A stretch of 64,000 bases of DNA from Desulfatiglandales bacterium (lineage in GTDB: Bacteria > Desulfobacterota > DSM-4660 > Desulfatiglandales > Desulfatiglandaceae), in assembly GCA_963666345.1 (NCBI GenBank), contig OY762721.1, forward strand, positions 3,232,001 through 3,296,000. The letters run 5' to 3'. Positions 60,339-64,000 of this stretch are shown one piece after another. Within the stretch, counting starts at the first letter, position 1. The number at the start of each line of letters is the position of its first letter. The notes below the pieces were generated by a model, which saw only the letters and a program-made list of their open reading frames with translations, was not told the DNA's origin and ran no database searches. The position numbers and the translations under genes were made by a program.

Positions 60339-61517
60339 ATGGGAGCTGCGAAAAAGATAGAGGCCTTTATCAAGAAATCCTCATGGATAAGGAAGATGTT
60401 TGAGGAGGGAATCAGGCTGAAGGAAAAGTATGGCGCTGAAAATGTATTTGATTTCAGCCTCGGAAATCCGAACCTTGAGCCCCCTGAGAGTTTCAGCAAG
60501 GTGATTCTGGATCTTGCCAAAGACAGATCCCCCGGGCGGCACGCATATATGCCCAATACCGGATTTGTCGAGACCAGACAGGCCGTGGCCGATTATGTGG
60601 GAAAGGGCAACCGTTATTCCTTTTCCGCCGGAGATATAGTAATGACGGCCGGTGCCGGAGGCGGTCTGAACGTACTTTTCAAGACCCTCCTGGATCCGGG
60701 GGAAGAGGTGATAATTCCGACCCCCTATTTTGTGGAGTACAATTTCTATCTGGACAACCATGGCGGGGTGCCTGTCCTGGTCAATACCAAGCCTGATTTC
60801 TCACTTGACCTAAAGGCGATCTCAGAGGCCATAACGGAAAAGACAAAGGCGGTGTTGATCAATTCTCCCAACAACCCCACAGGCAGGGTTTACAGAGAAG
60901 AAGAACTCAGGATGCTTTCGGAACTACTTGCCCGGAAAAGCAGCGAGCGTGGGAGCCCGGTTTATCTGATCTCAGATGAGCCGTACAGAAAGATAGTCTA
61001 TGAAGGGGTGGTCGTTCCAAGTATTTTTGACGCCTACCCCGAGAGCTTCGTGGTAACGTCGTTTTCCAAGGATCTCTCGATTCCGGGTGAGAGGATCGGA
61101 TATATCGCCTCGAGTCCGGAACTGACCGACAGGCCCGCTATCCTGGCCGGTCTTGCCCTGTGCAACAGGATCCTGGGCTATGTGAATGCATCCGCCTTTA
61201 TGCAGAGGGCGATACCTCATCTTCTTGATGAGAGCGTTGACATGAACATCTACAGGAAAAAGAGAGACATCCTCTGCGATGCCCTCGGCTCTTTCGGTTA
61301 CGAGTTTGAGAAGCCTGAAGGGGCCTTTTACCTGTTTCCCAAGACTCCCATCAAAGACGATGTGCAGTTCGTATCAGTCCTTCAGGAAGAGAACATACTG
61401 GCCGTTCCGGGCAGCGGCTTCGGCGGCCCGGGTCATATCAGGCTGGCCTATTGCGTATCCGACAAGGTCATAGAAAGATCCTTGTCGGGTTTTGAAAGGG
61501 CGATGAAAAAATATTAG
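60339..61517 (+). CDS. PLP-dependent class I aminotransferase (aspartate aminotransferase-like)
   Basis: SSWIRKMFEEG, NSPNNPTG, DEPY, SFSKDLSIPGERIGY; AGGAGG RBS before ATG 60339. Confidence 0.92.
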   Translation: MGAAKKIEAFIKKSSWIRKMFEEGIRLKEKYGAENVFDFSLGNPNLEPPESFSKVILDLAKDRSPGRHAYMPNTGFVETRQAVADYVGKGNRYSFSAGDIVMTAGAGGGLNVLFKTLLDPGEEVIIPTPYFVEYNFYLDNHGGVPVLVNTKPDFSLDLKAISEAITEKTKAVLINSPNNPTGRVYREEELRMLSELLARKSSERGSPVYLISDEPYRKIVYEGVVVPSIFDAYPESFVVTSFSKDLSIPGERIGYIASSPELTDRPAILAGLALCNRILGYVNASAFMQRAIPHLLDESVDMNIYRKKRDILCDALGSFGYEFEKPEGAFYLFPKTPIKDDVQFVSVLQEENILAVPGSGFGGPGHIRLAYCVSDKVIERSLSGFERAMKKY

Positions 61518-61531
61518 GACCGGGGGGAACC

Positions 61532-61954
61532 ATGTATTCAAAAACGCTCTCTTTGAGGTTTACCAGGGATATCGTAAACGAGCCGGTTGTGGTGAACCTT
61601 GTCAAGAAGTTCGATCTCAGTTTCAATATCCTCAAGGCCACCATTTACCCCAGAAAAGAGGGGCTGATGGTTTTGGAACTTAGCGGTCACAGGAAAAATT
61701 ATGCCAAAGGTGTCCGGTACCTGAAAGACCTGGGTATCAAGGTGGAAAGTATCGGGCAGGACATAAAGCGGGATGAAAGCAGGTGCTTTCACTGTGGGGC
61801 ATGCACTGCGGTCTGCCCGACGGGAGCGCTTCATATCAAGAGACCTGAAATGGAAGTCCTTTTTGACGGAGAAAAGTGCAGCGCATGCGAGTGGTGTGTC
61901 GTGGTCTGCCCGGTTCGTGCCATGAAGGTGGGATTTAACAGGGCACTCCTCTGA
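61532..61954 (+). CDS. NIL domain plus 2x[4Fe-4S] ferredoxin protein
   Basis: FNILKA.I NIL motif; CFHCGACTAVCP and CSACEWCVVVCP. Confidence 0.88.
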   Translation: MYSKTLSLRFTRDIVNEPVVVNLVKKFDLSFNILKATIYPRKEGLMVLELSGHRKNYAKGVRYLKDLGIKVESIGQDIKRDESRCFHCGACTAVCPTGALHIKRPEMEVLFDGEKCSACEWCVVVCPVRAMKVGFNRALL

Positions 61955-62068
61955 TCATTCATGCCTTTGGAAAGCCTATTCCTTTTATCAACTCTTTGTC
62001 TCCCCGGCATTTAATGACCAGCCTGCGGCGCCGGAAGGGTGCCCGTAAATAAAAAGGATGCAGGACCA

Positions 62069-63136
62069 ATGACTGAAAGTGAAAGTCCCTCGCATGTCTT
62101 GCTGGCTATGAGCGGAGGAATGGACAGCTCTATTGCCGCCGCGATCCTGATGGAAAAGGGGTGGAAGGTCAGGGGGCTCCATTTCCTCCTGCCTGCCGAC
62201 AGGTTGATCAGGAAACAACGCCTGGAATCTACGATCAGGGTTTCAAGGTATCTGGATCTGCCGCTGGAGGTAATGGATCTGGAAAAGGAGTTCAGCGAAC
62301 TGGTGATAGATCCGTTTGTCATGTCTTATCTTAAGGGACTGACGCCCAATCCGTGTGTCGCCTGTAATGAACTTGTGAAATTCTCTTTTCTTCTTTCAAG
62401 TGCCTCTGAAAGGGGATACGGAAACATCGCAACCGGGCATTATGCCAGGTTGAAAAAGACGGATGACGGGGTGGAACTCTTAAGGGGAAAGGACAGGAGC
62501 AAGGATCAGTCATATTTTCTCCATCGACTGGACCAGAACTGCCTTGAAAAGGCCGTTTTTCCACTGGGTAATATGTTGAAGGAAGAAGCAAAAGCACTTG
62601 CAGCGGCCATGAGCCTTCCTGTCGGCACCTCCCGGGAAAGCCAGGAGATATGTTTTCTTTCTCAAAGGGATTACCGGCCGTTTGTAGAGAAATGGAGCGC
62701 TTTTCTGATAGAGACCAGGGGTGATATAGTCGATGAAAAGGGCGAAGTCCTGGGCGGGCACGCGGGTGCTCACAGATATACCATCGGCCAGAGAAAAGGC
62801 CTTGGGATAGCATCTGAAAGACCCTACTACGTCAAAGAGATAAGGCCTTCTGAAAACAAGGTGGTAGTGGCGAGAAGAGAGGATTTATACTCGACGGAGG
62901 TGACGGCGGAGGGCTTCAGATGGATAATCAGGGAACCGCACGACAGGATGATGGCGGCCTCAGCCCAGATACGGTACAGACACCCGGCAGCCCCCGGGAG
63001 GCTTGAAATCCTGTCTTCAGACAGGGTCAGGTTTACCTTTGAAAGTCCTCAGTGGGCCGTTACCCCTGGGCAGGCACTCGTCTGTTACCGGGACGACAAA
63101 GCGCTTGGAGGAGGTTGGATAGTAAGAAACTCATGA
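62069..63136 (+). CDS. mnmA: tRNA-specific 2-thiouridylase
   Basis: AMSGGMDS, TPNPCVACN, ATGHYA, KDQSYFL, SQEICF, YTIGQRKGLG, TPGQ (alternative GTG start 62039). Confidence 0.95.
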   Translation: MTESESPSHVLLAMSGGMDSSIAAAILMEKGWKVRGLHFLLPADRLIRKQRLESTIRVSRYLDLPLEVMDLEKEFSELVIDPFVMSYLKGLTPNPCVACNELVKFSFLLSSASERGYGNIATGHYARLKKTDDGVELLRGKDRSKDQSYFLHRLDQNCLEKAVFPLGNMLKEEAKALAAAMSLPVGTSRESQEICFLSQRDYRPFVEKWSAFLIETRGDIVDEKGEVLGGHAGAHRYTIGQRKGLGIASERPYYVKEIRPSENKVVVARREDLYSTEVTAEGFRWIIREPHDRMMAASAQIRYRHPAAPGRLEILSSDRVRFTFESPQWAVTPGQALVCYRDDKALGGGWIVRNS

Positions 63137-64000
63137 ATACCGGATCAGACGGAAAAAGGACATACAGGATCACGACCCTGGGTTGCAAGGTCAACCAGTA
63201 CGAATCAAACTACATTTCAAAGACCCTTGAAATGAACGGGTTGAGAAAGGCGGGGGGCGCGGAAAGGGCCGATATCTGCGTAATAAATACATGCATCGTT
63301 ACCCAGAGGGCCTCACGCCAGTCAAGACAGGCGATAAGAAAGCTTATAAGGGAAAACCCAGGTTCCACGGTTGCGGCCGCAGGCTGCTATGCTCAGGTCT
63401 TTCCCGACGAACTCAAAAAGATAGACGGGCTCAAGATTATCGCGGGAAACACCTCCAAGGGTGAGCTTCCCCGTTTATTGCTGGATGATCCTCCGCCCGA
63501 GGGCCGGGTCCTGCTGCTTGAAGATTTTGAGAAAGACATGCCGTTTGAGTTCCTGGAGCCGGTGGATTTTCCTGAAAGGACCAGGGCCTATCTCAAGATT
63601 CAGGACGGCTGCCGATCTTTCTGCTCCTACTGCATTGTTCCCTTTGCAAGGGGCCCCTTGAGAAGCCTTCCGCCTGCCGGGGTCCTGGACATGATGAAAA
63701 GGCTGGCGGAAGCAGGTTACAGGGAGGTCGTGCTTACGGGGATTCATCTGGGAAAATACGGCGTGGACCTGGGCGAAGATCTCGACCTTTCAGGCCTGCT
63801 CAAAATGATTGCCGGGGAAAATATGCCCGTGAGGGTCAGGATCAGTTCGATTGAACCAAATGAGGTGGGTGACGAACTGATCGAAATGATGGCAGGTGAA
63901 CAATGGCTCTGCCGGCATTTTCATATCTCTCTTCAAAATGGTGATGACCGGATATTGAAAAGAATGAAAAGGGGTTACGACAGCCGTGACTTTGCTAGAC
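63133..64000 (+). CDS. mtaB: tRNA methylthiotransferase MtaB (runs off window end)
   Basis: Translated by hand: TLGCKVNQYES, INTCIVT, AGCYAQ, RAYLKIQDGCRSFCSYC, LTGIHLG, RISSIEP. Confidence 0.9.
   Translation, partial: MNTGSDGKRTYRITTLGCKVNQYESNYISKTLEMNGLRKAGGAERADICVINTCIVTQRASRQSRQAIRKLIRENPGSTVAAAGCYAQVFPDELKKIDGLKIIAGNTSKGELPRLLLDDPPPEGRVLLLEDFEKDMPFEFLEPVDFPERTRAYLKIQDGCRSFCSYCIVPFARGPLRSLPPAGVLDMMKRLAEAGYREVVLTGIHLGKYGVDLGEDLDLSGLLKMIAGENMPVRVRISSIEPNEVGDELIEMMAGEQWLCRHFHISLQNGDDRILKRMKRGYDSRDFAR

Overview
A 64-kb bacterial chromosomal window, probably from an anaerobic Desulfobacterota (deltaproteobacterial) genome. That assignment is inferred from the split F0 atp cluster, ahbB, an aldehyde:ferredoxin oxidoreductase with MoaD/MoeB-like genes, and the style of intergenic repeats. 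Housekeeping blocks at 1-25.5 kb (rlmKL, dksA, aor, sigma54 two-component system with a ZraP/Spy-like target, tpx, uvrA, atpZ/I/B/E, hemL, ahbB, gdhA, GAF-ANTAR) and 51.7-64 kb (mpl, rpmB, rel/spoT, proS, ispG, pfk, aminotransferase, mnmA, mtaB) flank a ~26-kb accessory region with two parts. (1) A ~16-kb island bracketed by a ~270-bp direct repeat of the ANTAR gene 3' end; it carries MscS, CNNM, a Tat-exported sulfur oxygenase-reductase homologue, glgX, and tamAB with a homopolymer frameshift. (2) An integrase-less integron cassette array (CALIN, ~43.8-50.6 kb) with NDT-TIR, NDT-like, HEPN-like and RelA/SpoT-domain cassettes. One attC core site is interrupted by an ORF-less group II intron, and a Phd-VapC toxin-antitoxin pair follows the array. 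Two families of small non-autonomous elements with visible target-site duplications are also present, one carrying a four-helix-bundle gene remnant between inverted octamer tandem repeats. I saw no tRNA, rRNA or CRISPR array.
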